A DNA stretch of 64,000 nt from Escherichia coli (GTDB lineage Bacteria > Pseudomonadota > Gammaproteobacteria > Enterobacterales > Enterobacteriaceae), in the NCBI RefSeq assembly GCF_003334765.1, contig NZ_QOWT01000023.1; one strand, 5' to 3'. How positions within the stretch are numbered: the stretch's first letter is position 1; each line of letters starts with the position of its first letter. Shown one piece after another: positions 44,106-53,192 of the stretch. A model generated the notes under the pieces. The model saw nothing but the letters and a program-made list of their open reading frames with translations, ran no database searches and had not been told where the DNA came from. The position numbers and the translations under genes are program-made.

Positions 44106-45630
44106 GTCTGTTTCGGTGATACTTCAGTATGTTTTGATGATCACAAATGAAAACTCCGGCATCGAATGCAGGAATATTTAGTTTTTTTGCCAGTTCGGAT
44201 GGTGTAATCGTGTTTCCTATATAAACAACCAGGTTATCATCAATCCTTATTTTCCTTTGTTCCGCCAGTATGTCAAGTGCTTCATCCAGAACACATTTTT
44301 TCCTGAGAGCATATGGGGCATATTGTAAAATATAACTTTTCTGGAATATGTAACCTGCTGTTGTGATAATTCTTTTCTGAAGCCATTTATCAAGTTTCTC
44401 AGCCGGGGATATTTCCCGAAGGGATTCAAGTTTATATATAAGATGCTTGAAATAAAATTCAATGAGATAAATGGCGCTATTAGTACTTTCCAGCGTTATT
44501 ACTGTCGAGTCTGGATCTTTCTCCAGTTCCAGAAGTGCTGCTATCCTGACAACCTGCTCTCTTTTTCTGACAATAATGTCTTCAAAAGTACCCATATGAG
44601 GATTCTGTCTGACAGTATCCATATTTTCTTTGTGAAAGCGCTCCAGTGCGCGGGATGCTGCATTTGATAATGTCATGCAGATGCGCTCTTTACTTTTTGC
44701 ACGTCTTTCTCTGGATGCTCTCAGAGAGTCTCTGATCTGACTGCCAAAACTTTTCTTACGAAAACAGCTTGCACATTGTTGCGTCACAACAGGAATGGCA
44801 GTATGCGGTTCTGTCGTCATTATTTTAATTGCTCCGGGTTCGCAAAATAGCAACCGGGCCAGAAAGCCATTGCCCCGGATCTGATCGCCAGTGAGAGTAA
44901 AAAACTTATTAAATATTACCGGTTGAGTCAGTATAAGTATAGTGAGACGGACATCATTCAGCCGGAATCCGGGTCTGGATGCTCGTTCAACGTTGACGGG
45001 TTGCCCACTCCATAATGTGTTGTACAGTGCCGATTTGCGTTCGAAACGCTTATCCAGAATAGTACCTCCTTCGTCAGACAGCAACAGAAGAGAGGGGGAC
45101 TGGCTGAGTTTCAAAGCTATCCCTTCTGGTGTCGCGTCATTAACGATGAGAACCTGTTGTGTGGGAGGTACGGGTTTATTTGCTATACACTTTTCAAGTG
45201 CTGCTCGTGCAGCAGCAGCATTTTCCGGGGATCTTTCCATTTCCTTTTTATATCTCCGCTCCAGTATTTTTTTATCTGTTGTCCACATCTCCATCATTCG
45301 GTCATAGTTTTTCTTATCGTCGATATATGCCTGATGTAGTTCTTCTTCTGTTTCATGAACAGGAGCGATTAATTTTGCACAGGCAGAGGTTTTTCCACTG
45401 CCTGATGCTGATGAAAGACACATAAATATCTGAAGGCTGGTACGCTGTCCTCCGGAAAGTTCAACTTCATGCGTATCCTGGACTGAGGCAGCCTTGACCG
45501 TCAGCATAACAGACAGCAGTATTTCACGGCTTATTCCCGTTTCTTCATGCATTTCATTAAGTAATGCCTGGCTCCTGTCAGGCAGTTTAGTTATGTCAAG
45601 TTCAGGGAGTGATAGTTTTGTCGTCATCAT
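44101..45630 (-). CDS. DUF3987-like (YfjI-like) protein with P-loop motif; putative island replication/primase-associated protein
   Basis: 509-aa ORF downstream of alpA on the same strand, motif SASGSGKTSACAKL. Start uncertain because of a 29-nt overlap with the alpA stop. Confidence 0.5.
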   Translation of the reverse strand: MMTTKLSLPELDITKLPDRSQALLNEMHEETGISREILLSVMLTVKAASVQDTHEVELSGGQRTSLQIFMCLSSASGSGKTSACAKLIAPVHETEEELHQAYIDDKKNYDRMMEMWTTDKKILERRYKKEMERSPENAAAARAALEKCIANKPVPPTQQVLIVNDATPEGIALKLSQSPSLLLLSDEGGTILDKRFERKSALYNTLWSGQPVNVERASRPGFRLNDVRLTILILTQPVIFNKFFTLTGDQIRGNGFLARLLFCEPGAIKIMTTEPHTAIPVVTQQCASCFRKKSFGSQIRDSLRASRERRAKSKERICMTLSNAASRALERFHKENMDTVRQNPHMGTFEDIIVRKREQVVRIAALLELEKDPDSTVITLESTNSAIYLIEFYFKHLIYKLESLREISPAEKLDKWLQKRIITTAGYIFQKSYILQYAPYALRKKCVLDEALDILAEQRKIRIDDNLVVYIGNTITPSELAKKLNIPAFDAGVFICDHQNILKYHRNRL

Positions 45631-45907
45631 TAAGTTCCTTTTGTTTGTTTTCAGGTTCAGACCAGGCTGGTGCCGTATGTAACGTCAGCCACTCATCGAT
45701 GGCAGATGCCCGCCAGCCAACGGATGCACTTCCAAGCCTTATCGGTTTGGGAAAGGTAGGGTCGTGGTATTTCGAGGCCGGATTTATTTTCACGTAAATC
45801 GTGGACCTGGATATACCCAGCAGCCGGGTAAGTTCAGCCATACGCAGGATGCGTGAAGGTGTGTCAAGCTGTCCGGTTTGATTTGACATATTGTTCTCCA
45901 TATGCAT
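45602..45907 (-). CDS. alpA: AlpA-family phage transcriptional regulator (HTH)
   Basis: ...ILRMAELTRLLGISRSTIYVKINPASKYHDPTFPKPIRLGSASVGWRASAIDEWL matches the AlpA/prophage CP4-57 regulator signature. True start may be the internal MSNQTGQ. Confidence 0.75.
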   Translation of the reverse strand: MHMENNMSNQTGQLDTPSRILRMAELTRLLGISRSTIYVKINPASKYHDPTFPKPIRLGSASVGWRASAIDEWLTLHTAPAWSEPENKQKELNDDDKTITP

Positions 45908-45962
45908 TGCACGTTGTGGTATCAGTTTGATAGCTTAAGGTCGGAATGTCCCCTGCGATAAA

Positions 45963-47825
45963 ATGCAAACCAACCGGAGAGCACAGCATATGCGCACATT
46001 TACAAATCTGTTGTATGATATTTGTACTGTTCTGGGGTTGTTCAGGGAAGGCGAGAACCCGGCACACAAGCGGAAGAGCACTAATTTCGAAATGCATCAA
46101 AAATTCTGGGATCAACGTTACAATGCGATCAGTCGTATTATTGATGCTGAAGGGGTGTATAGTCAGGAGCAACGGCGGATCATATATGCCCGGTATGAAC
46201 ATTTTTATTACATGATGAATTCTTATCCAGTTCATTCCACACTAAAATCTGAATTCCTTCGCAGCTATTGTCTGCGCACTTTTGGGGTTATTTTTCTTGT
46301 TGTAGATATTTATAATACATACAGACCAGAGAATGACTCTGCTTTTTATTATCATATTTATAATTTTTTACAGAAGTCGTATTGTCCTTGTCTTGATCAC
46401 TCTGATACAGAAAGCGATGAAGCTGCTGTTAAACGTTATCTTCGGGAATATCTGGCAGAACTGGGATTCAACAAGGAAGATTTTCATGAAAATGGAAAGT
46501 TGTATGCTCTGGGGAAATATACAGGAACTATTCGGAGGGATAACGGGAAAAGCAAGAGTCTGATGAAACAATATATCATGTCTATCAAAAATGAATATAA
46601 AAAGGATTATCGGGAGAAGAAACTGGATAAGGATGAACTGGAGAAATTACTCAGGAATATTGATAAATTCTATAATGCATTTTATTCATTAAGTGTCTTA
46701 CTTGATATACAACGAAAGACGAAGATACTTCAAAGCCTTGCATATTATCTCAGAGTGTTGGTGAGAAAGGGGCTCTGGACTCATGGTTTATATGGTTACG
46801 CTGAGCAATATCTTTATGACTTTACCAGCTTGGATACAACGCCTTATGCAAAAAAATTACTGGAAATGTTTTATAAGTTTGAAAACAGTGCAGAAGGGAC
46901 ATTGGCTCGTTATAATGTATCACTTGATGATAAATCTCAGGAATATATTGCCCGTCTGAAAGATCTTGTATTTAATATTAATGAGAAGAATGGTTGTGAT
47001 GACGCATATCTGAAAATGATTATAAGTCATTTTGGGCAGTTGCAGAATGAGGCTGTTCATGTGACCAGCTGCTACGGAACACTTGCGGTGTACATTTGTC
47101 TGATAAGGAAAAATAAAATTAATGATGTGCTGCATCATTATGATGACATGGAAAGAAAAGGATTGTTTGCTGAATTACCTTCAGGATATATCAGGGGGGC
47201 ATTATCGTTGCTTCGGACAGCACTGGAGGTTAAAGTAAATAGAAAAAATATAAAGTATGGCTCGTTGTTTTATTGGCTTGACCATGTAAAAGCTCATCAG
47301 GATGCATTTATTGAATCAATACCACTTATTGATCCTGTATATAAGGAGGGTGAAATACAGTATGATGCGAACAATTTTACCCTGATGCGTGTTATTAAGA
47401 TGTATAATTGTATGCTTGAAAAGATCAGTACGAAACCATATATAGCTCCCCCATATATTACAGGTTTGCTTGATGACGTAGAGAAGGTGCTGGATAAGAT
47501 AAATATTCTGATAGATAAAGAGTATGTTTATGATGGTAAGACACTGGCTGAAGTCATTATAGAGAACAAAGTATTATCCAGTCGCGAGCGTAAAGATACT
47601 ATGATAGGGCTTTTCACAGGCAGTAAGAAATATACTTTACTGCAATGTGTTGAGAAGCTTGGTGTATTAGTTCACTACGTGAAATCACCGGTCGATGAAA
47701 TTAAAAATGTGATGATGTTGTATGGCGATAAGGCCGAAAACAGGAACAGACGCAGAATGATATATGATGCGTTAACCATTATTTGTGAGGATGATAACAG
47801 GGCTAAACACCCTGATCTGTCGTGA
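45963..47825 (+). CDS. hypothetical protein, 620 aa (611 aa if start is the ATG at 45990); no recognisable domain
   Basis: Long uninterrupted AT-rich ORF divergent from alpA, rich in K/Y/N/I/E and predicted mainly helical. No Walker, nuclease, HTH or transmembrane motif recognised by eye. Confidence 0.6.
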   Translation: MQTNRRAQHMRTFTNLLYDICTVLGLFREGENPAHKRKSTNFEMHQKFWDQRYNAISRIIDAEGVYSQEQRRIIYARYEHFYYMMNSYPVHSTLKSEFLRSYCLRTFGVIFLVVDIYNTYRPENDSAFYYHIYNFLQKSYCPCLDHSDTESDEAAVKRYLREYLAELGFNKEDFHENGKLYALGKYTGTIRRDNGKSKSLMKQYIMSIKNEYKKDYREKKLDKDELEKLLRNIDKFYNAFYSLSVLLDIQRKTKILQSLAYYLRVLVRKGLWTHGLYGYAEQYLYDFTSLDTTPYAKKLLEMFYKFENSAEGTLARYNVSLDDKSQEYIARLKDLVFNINEKNGCDDAYLKMIISHFGQLQNEAVHVTSCYGTLAVYICLIRKNKINDVLHHYDDMERKGLFAELPSGYIRGALSLLRTALEVKVNRKNIKYGSLFYWLDHVKAHQDAFIESIPLIDPVYKEGEIQYDANNFTLMRVIKMYNCMLEKISTKPYIAPPYITGLLDDVEKVLDKINILIDKEYVYDGKTLAEVIIENKVLSSRERKDTMIGLFTGSKKYTLLQCVEKLGVLVHYVKSPVDEIKNVMMLYGDKAENRNRRRMIYDALTIICEDDNRAKHPDLS

Positions 47826-47861
47826 ACTCATCTGAGTGTGTTTTGAGTCAATAATCTTTAT

Positions 47862-47908
47862 ATCCCCCTGCTAATTTTGCTAACCATTAGCAAAATTAGC
47901 AGGGGGAT
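47862..47908. repeat. perfect 22-bp-arm inverted repeat (palindrome) 3' of the 620-aa ORF
   Basis: atccccctgctaattttgctaa-cca-ttagcaaaattagcagggggat; arms 47862-47883 and 47887-47908. Confidence 0.9.
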
Positions 47909-48176
47909 TATCTATGTCTGGCAAGAGAAAATTCTATAATAGTATGATTTCTTTGTTTATTTTGTTTTTCAATTAGAATGGTGTGTTTTTGTGATCTATG
48001 TCTAATTGTTTTGTATTCTTAGCGCCATCCCATTCATGGGCAGATGTACATACCGCCCCTATTAGATTGATGGGTTGCATGTTCATTGTATCTGTAAAAT
48101 ATGCCAGTTTTGACATTAATACATAATCTGTAATTCGGTGTAAGCTCTTGTCTGGTGAATTATGTTGCGTATTCCG

Positions 48177-48246
48177 CTCTATTCGATCACGGATTGGGCC
48201 AAATCATGATCGATTCGAATGCCAAACTGCGATCGATTCAGATGCC
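48177..48246 (+). repeat. GATC-containing direct repeats (iteron-like) in AT-rich non-coding region
   Basis: gatcgattcgaatgcc (48208-48223) and gatcgattcagatgcc (48231-48246), plus related attcgatcac at 48181-48190. Three Dam GATC sites fall within about 50 bp. Confidence 0.6.
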
Positions 48247-49200
48247 ATTTTGCATTATGTTAGTGGCTTATTCTTCTTGTTCTTTTTTACAGGTTATGTA
48301 AGTGTGATTATCCTGATTACTGGTCACTCATTATATACTGAGTCGACAAAACAAATGAGTATTAACTGAAGTTTTTATACAGTGATCATCTGTCTGGTTA
48401 GGTTAGTTAGTTCTGGGAGAATCACATTTATTTCATATACCATGAATAATTAAGGTTAATTAGTATTATTAGTTGGAGTTATGGTATTGTGTGTCTGTGC
48501 CGTATTGTTTGTATATTTGTTGTATAACTTATCTCTTTACGTGGTAATGTCACTCCTCTTTATGCTAAGTATTCTGTATGTGTGTAATGCATATATCTCC
48601 ATACACTACGCAGTGAAGCATATGGGGGAAGCTGTATGGTGAATTATGTGTGTAATGTTGTCCTGTACGTACTTAACACTGGTTACGTATCGGAACACTA
48701 TTAGAGCGTGTTATGACTCCGTTACAGTTTATAGGTATAGGTAAATATGATCTTTTCTGTATGGAACAATCTTCTTATGGTGTGTGGGTATGTTCTGTAT
48801 ACCATTATTCTTTTATGCTAATGATTAAATACCCGTGGTCTCTCTCGGCTTTACTTAATGGTTCGACAATATTAATAGCGATGTTGCCTGTAGCTAGCCG
48901 ATACTGAGTTTTGTGAATGTCAGATTACTTCCTGTAAAGAATTTAGTGGTGCTTCCTGAAACTCAATTCTATGAGGTGTGTTTTTCCATTGTAATTCGTA
49001 CTGGTTCTCAGTTTAAGAGAGTCTCACTGTATTCTGAAGTATTACCTCATCACAGTAATGCGGTAATACAAAACAGTTTTATCAGGTTGTCTGTGCTGCT
49101 GGTTTACTTCGTTTATTAATGCCGTGGTACGGCGTTTCTCTACTCTCAGTATTTACGTAAGTCTCTCTTCCTGTGAGTTTTATAAAGTAAGGACTATAAA

Positions 49201-49764
49201 ATGTATAATGCCAATCCCAATTACAAAATGGATTTCATGATTCTGAAAGACGTGAATGAACACATGGATGGTATGTTTCAACGTTTTTCTAAACTGTTAC
49301 CTTTCAGAATTGATTTTGCTTACAGGAAAGACACGCCCAGTTTCGGTCATTCCTGTAAGCACAGTATGTGTATGGAAATATACCGTTTACTTTGCGAAAC
49401 CCAGACGATGTTGGCGGGATATTACTGGGTAATGGAATATACACCAGACAAAGGGCTTCATATTCATTTTGTCGGCTACCTGGATGGGCAACGTCACAAG
49501 AACTCTTATCAGATATCCAGGCAACTGGGAGATATCTGGAGGCGGATCACGGAAGGGGAGGGTTACTTTCACCTTTGCCGGGCTAAAGACAAATACCCGG
49601 TGCGTATCGATCACGTGATGCACTATAGTGATAAGTCCGCGGTAGACAACTTACGTTACGCCCTTAGCTATCTGGCTAAACAGGATCAGAAAGAACACGG
49701 TATTATTCTGGGCCGTAGCAGGCTTCCCGAAAAAAGCAACCGGGGCCGACCACGACATAACTGA
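49201..49764 (+). CDS. YagK/YfjJ-family (inovirus Gp2-like) protein with HUH-type motif
   Basis: 187-aa ORF containing GLHIHFVGY (His-hydrophobic-His) and a downstream Tyr-containing region, reminiscent of rolling-circle/HUH initiators and CP4-57 YfjJ. Confidence 0.5.
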   Translation: MYNANPNYKMDFMILKDVNEHMDGMFQRFSKLLPFRIDFAYRKDTPSFGHSCKHSMCMEIYRLLCETQTMLAGYYWVMEYTPDKGLHIHFVGYLDGQRHKNSYQISRQLGDIWRRITEGEGYFHLCRAKDKYPVRIDHVMHYSDKSAVDNLRYALSYLAKQDQKEHGIILGRSRLPEKSNRGRPRHN

Positions 49765-49840
49765 ATTACAGTTGTATTAGGTATTAGAATTAAGTTTCTG
49801 TAAGTTGTTGGGAGGTGCTTGAGTTAATAGGCAGAAGAGG

Positions 49841-52279
49841 GTGGGGCGCTTTGTCATCAGTGTAGGGGACCCGAATTTCTGCCGTGGTGCCTCAGTGGAT
49901 CGGATACAGGTAACGAATATGGTTCATAAATCTGACAGTGATGAATTAGCTGCATTGAGGGCAGAAAATGCCCGTCTGGTCTCATTACTTGAAGCTCATG
50001 GGATTGAATGGCGACGTAAACCGCCGATCTCTGTGCAGCGCGTTTCTGTATTATCCACCAATGAGAAGGTTGCATTATTTCGTCGGTTGTTTCGCGGGCG
50101 TGATGATGTATGGGCACTTAGATGGGAAAGTAAAACCAGCGGCAAATCAGGGTACTCTCCTGCCTGCGCTAACGAATGGCAGGCGAGAATATGCGGTAAG
50201 CCCCGGATAAAATGTGGGGACTGCGCTCACCGTCAGTTGATTCCTGTATCTGATCTCGTCATCTACTACCATCTGGCAGGTACCCATACTGCCGGGATGT
50301 ATCCGTTGCTGGAAGATGATTCCTGTTATTTTCTGGCTGTTGATTTTGATGAAGCTGAATGGCAGAAGGATGCATCCGCATTCATGCGATCCTGTGATGA
50401 GCTGGGTGTACCCGCTGCGCTGGAAATATCCCGTTCACGTCAGGGAGCGCATGTCTGGATATTTTTTGCTTCACGAGTTTCGGCCCGCGAAGCTCGCCGT
50501 CTGGGGACTGCTATTATTAGTTATACGTGTAATCGAACTCGACAGCTGCGATTGGGTTCTTATGACCGATTATTTCCTAATCAGGATACGATGCCAAAAG
50601 GGGGATTTGGTAATCTCATAGCATTACCTCTGCAAAAAAGACCGCGTGAATCGGGGGGAAGTGTTTTTGTTGATATGAATTTCCAGCCTTATTCTGATCA
50701 ATGGGCTTTTCTTGCATCGGTGATCCCGATGAATGTGCAGAATATTGAACCGACGATATTACGGGCTACAGGAAGTATCCATCCTCTGGATGTGAACTTT
50801 ATCAACGAAGAAGACCTGGGTACGCCATGGGAAGGGAAAAAATCATCAGGAAACAGACTGAATATTTCTATTGCAGAACCGCTGAAAATCACGCTGGCAA
50901 ACCAGATCTATTTCGAAAAAGCGCAATTACCTCAGGTGCTGATTAACCGACTTATTCGGCTGGCAGCATTTCCGAACCCTGAGTTTTATAAGGCTCAGGC
51001 AATGCGTATGTCAGTCTGGAATAAGCCCCGTGTTATAGGTTGTGCGGAGAATTACCCGCAACACATTGCGTTGCCCCAGGGATGTCTGGACAGCGTATTA
51101 TCTTTCCTTAGGGACAACAATATTGCTGCAGAATTAATCGATAAACGATTTGTCGGGACGGAATGTAATGCCGTTTTTATGGGAAACCTCAGAGCGGAGC
51201 AGGAAGAGGCCGTTTCGGCATTACTCCGTTATGACACTGGTGTGCTTTGTGCGCCAACGGCTTTTGGTAAGACAGTTACCGCAGCGGCAGTGATTGCCAG
51301 ACGGAAAGTGAATACACTGATACTGGTACACCGGACTGAATTGCTGAAGCAGTGGCAGGAGCGTCTCGAGGTGTTTCTGCAGGTTGGTGACAATATTGGT
51401 ATTATCGGGGGAGGTAAACATAAACCCTGTGGCAATATTGATATTGCGGTGGTGCAGTCCATATCCAGACACGGAGAAGTTGAACCTCTGGTCAGGAATT
51501 ATGGGCAAATCATTGTGGATGAGTGCCATCATATTGGCGCGGTTTCATTTTCTGCGATTCTGAAGGAAACGAATGCCAGATATCTGCTTGGCCTGACGGC
51601 AACACCAATCCGACGGGATGGTCTGCATCCCATTATTTTTATGTACTGTGGTGCCATTCGCCATACAGCGGTCCGCCCGAAGGAAAGCCCACATAATCTG
51701 GAGGTACTGACCCGTTCCCGTTTTACATCTGGTCATTTACCATCGGATGCGAGAATCCAGGATATTTTCAGAGAAATTGCTCTGGATCATGACAGAACGG
51801 TGGCGATAGCTGAAGAAGCCATGAAAGCTTTCGGGCAGGGGCGAAAAGTTCTGGTACTGACTGAACGTACAGATCATCTGGATGAGATAGCATCAGTGAT
51901 GAATTCACTGAAATTGTCCCCCTTTATTCTCCATGGACGACTATCGAAAAAAAAGCGTGCGATGCTGATATCCGGGCTGAATGCTCTTCCTCCTGATTCT
52001 CCCCGTATTTTGTTGTCAACAGGCAGACTTATTGGTGAGGGATTTGACCACCCTCCGCTGGATACGCTGATTCTTGCCATGCCTGTGTCATGGAAAGGGA
52101 CATTACAGCAGTATGCGGGACGTCTACACAGAGAGCATACCGGTAAAAGCGATGTCAGGATCATTGATTTTGTGGATACCGCGTATCCAGTGCTGCTCAG
52201 AATGTGGGATAAACGCCAGCGGGGTTATAAGGCGATGGGGTACAGGATTGTGGCTGATGGTGAAGGGCTTTCATTTTAA
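49841..52279 (+). CDS. PrimPol-like (AEP) N-terminal domain fused to SF2 DExH helicase
   Basis: Helicase motifs: I APTAFGKT, II IVDECHH, III GLTATP, VI QYAGRLHR. N-terminal region has AEP-like motifs FLAVDFDE (DxD) and QGAHVWIFF (sxH) plus a Cys cluster CGKPRIKCGDCAH. Likely start is the ATG at 49919 (MVHKSD). Confidence 0.7.
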   Translation: MGRFVISVGDPNFCRGASVDRIQVTNMVHKSDSDELAALRAENARLVSLLEAHGIEWRRKPPISVQRVSVLSTNEKVALFRRLFRGRDDVWALRWESKTSGKSGYSPACANEWQARICGKPRIKCGDCAHRQLIPVSDLVIYYHLAGTHTAGMYPLLEDDSCYFLAVDFDEAEWQKDASAFMRSCDELGVPAALEISRSRQGAHVWIFFASRVSAREARRLGTAIISYTCNRTRQLRLGSYDRLFPNQDTMPKGGFGNLIALPLQKRPRESGGSVFVDMNFQPYSDQWAFLASVIPMNVQNIEPTILRATGSIHPLDVNFINEEDLGTPWEGKKSSGNRLNISIAEPLKITLANQIYFEKAQLPQVLINRLIRLAAFPNPEFYKAQAMRMSVWNKPRVIGCAENYPQHIALPQGCLDSVLSFLRDNNIAAELIDKRFVGTECNAVFMGNLRAEQEEAVSALLRYDTGVLCAPTAFGKTVTAAAVIARRKVNTLILVHRTELLKQWQERLEVFLQVGDNIGIIGGGKHKPCGNIDIAVVQSISRHGEVEPLVRNYGQIIVDECHHIGAVSFSAILKETNARYLLGLTATPIRRDGLHPIIFMYCGAIRHTAVRPKESPHNLEVLTRSRFTSGHLPSDARIQDIFREIALDHDRTVAIAEEAMKAFGQGRKVLVLTERTDHLDEIASVMNSLKLSPFILHGRLSKKKRAMLISGLNALPPDSPRILLSTGRLIGEGFDHPPLDTLILAMPVSWKGTLQQYAGRLHREHTGKSDVRIIDFVDTAYPVLLRMWDKRQRGYKAMGYRIVADGEGLSF

Positions 52280-52296
52280 GGAGTACTTTACCCTTT

Positions 52297-52512
52297 TTAA
52301 ATAATTTGAGCTCCCCGGGTTGTTCGGGCAACAAAGAGTCCCAGTATACAGGCTTCAGGAATATGTTGTAGTATCAGGCTTTTCATCGCTTTAAAATGGC
52401 TACCGGCAGTAAGAACGTCATCAAAAATAACAATCCAGGGCCTGCATCCCTCCAGTAATTGTTCATTCAGTTGGTAGTTTGCCATAATCGCTTCTGGTGA
52501 GGGCCGGTTTGT
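52297..52512 (-). pseudogene. phosphoribosyltransferase (ComF/GntX-like PRTase) C-terminal fragment, truncated by IS66-family insertion
   Basis: ...PWIVIFDDVLTAGSHFKAMKSLILQ carries the type-I PRTase PRPP-binding motif. The reading frame runs straight into the IS66-family terminus at 52514. Confidence 0.55.
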
Positions 52513-52551
52513 TGGTAAGCGTGCAGCAAGAACCGTATTGACGGGGATGTG

Positions 52552-52899
52552 TTATTCAGTCGGCAGTGCTACGCGCCAGGGGAGCAGTTCGCCGACCCGG
52601 TTTATCGGCCAGTCGGCTATGACGTCAAGGACATAGCGGAGGTAGCTTTCTGGCTCCACTCCGTTCAGTTTGCACGTCCCGATCAGGCTGTACAGCAGCG
52701 CTCCCCGCTCTCCTCCATGATCCGAACCGAAGAACAGGTAATTTTTGCGGCCCAGACTGACCATCCGCAGCGCATTCTCAGCTATGTTGTTATCAGCCTC
52801 GGCCCAGCCGTCGTCAGTATAGTAAGCCAGCGCTGGCCACTGGTTCAGTACGTACGTGAACGCTTTCGCCAGTTCTGAGTGTCGCGACAGGGTTTTCAC
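52552..52899 (-). pseudogene. IS66-family transposase TnpC, C-terminal fragment
   Basis: ...NNIAENALRMVSLGRKNYLFFGSDHGGERGALLYSLIGTCKLNGVEPESYLRYVL...ELLPW is the conserved IS66 transposase C-terminus; the N-terminal part (about 400 aa) is absent. Confidence 0.8.
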
Positions 52900-52928
52900 C
52901 TTTTCACGTAGCCAGCCTTCCAGGGATT

Positions 52929-53192
52929 TCAGTCGCCTTTGTCATCGCGGGCCGACGGCCAGGCGAAGCGGCCACGCTCCAGCCGTTTGGTCAGCAGACA
53001 CAGTCCATCGCCGGTAGACCAGAGGAGCTTTACCTGACTGCCATTACGCCCACGGAAGATAAAAACGTGACCTGACATCGGATCGTCTTTCAGCGTCGTC
53101 TGCACCTTTGCCGCCAGGCCGTTGAAGCCGTTTCTCATATCGGTGATGCCAGCGACGAGCCAGATCTTTGTCCCTGATGGTAATGGGATCAA
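52929..53192 (-). CDS. IS66-family accessory protein TnpB (Orf2)
   Basis: 87-aa ORF MIPLPSGTKIWLVAGITDMRNGFNGLAAKV..., typical IS66 orfB. Confidence 0.8.
   Translation of the reverse strand: MIPLPSGTKIWLVAGITDMRNGFNGLAAKVQTTLKDDPMSGHVFIFRGRNGSQVKLLWSTGDGLCLLTKRLERGRFAWPSARDDKGD

Noticed and set aside
47900-49200. Small ORFs 48148-48369, 48713-48907, 48913-49119 in the AT-rich region
   Set aside because: Short, hydrophobic or low-complexity translations without ribosome-binding sites; more consistent with non-coding AT-rich DNA.
45963-49764. P4 satellite identity (psu, delta, sid, alpha genes) for the island
   Set aside because: No capsid-size-determination or P4 alpha-type primase genes were recognised; only the integrase and alpA are P4-like.
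49841-52279. Hachiman/DISARM/Druantia-type defence helicase assignment for the SF2 helicase
   Set aside because: No partner genes of those systems are adjacent and the N-terminal domain looks primase-like; replication function is the more economical reading, so no defence-system call was made.
52549-52878. 109-aa plus-strand ORF overlapping the IS66 transposase fragment
   Set aside because: Opposite-strand frame of the clearly homologous IS66 TnpC C-terminus.
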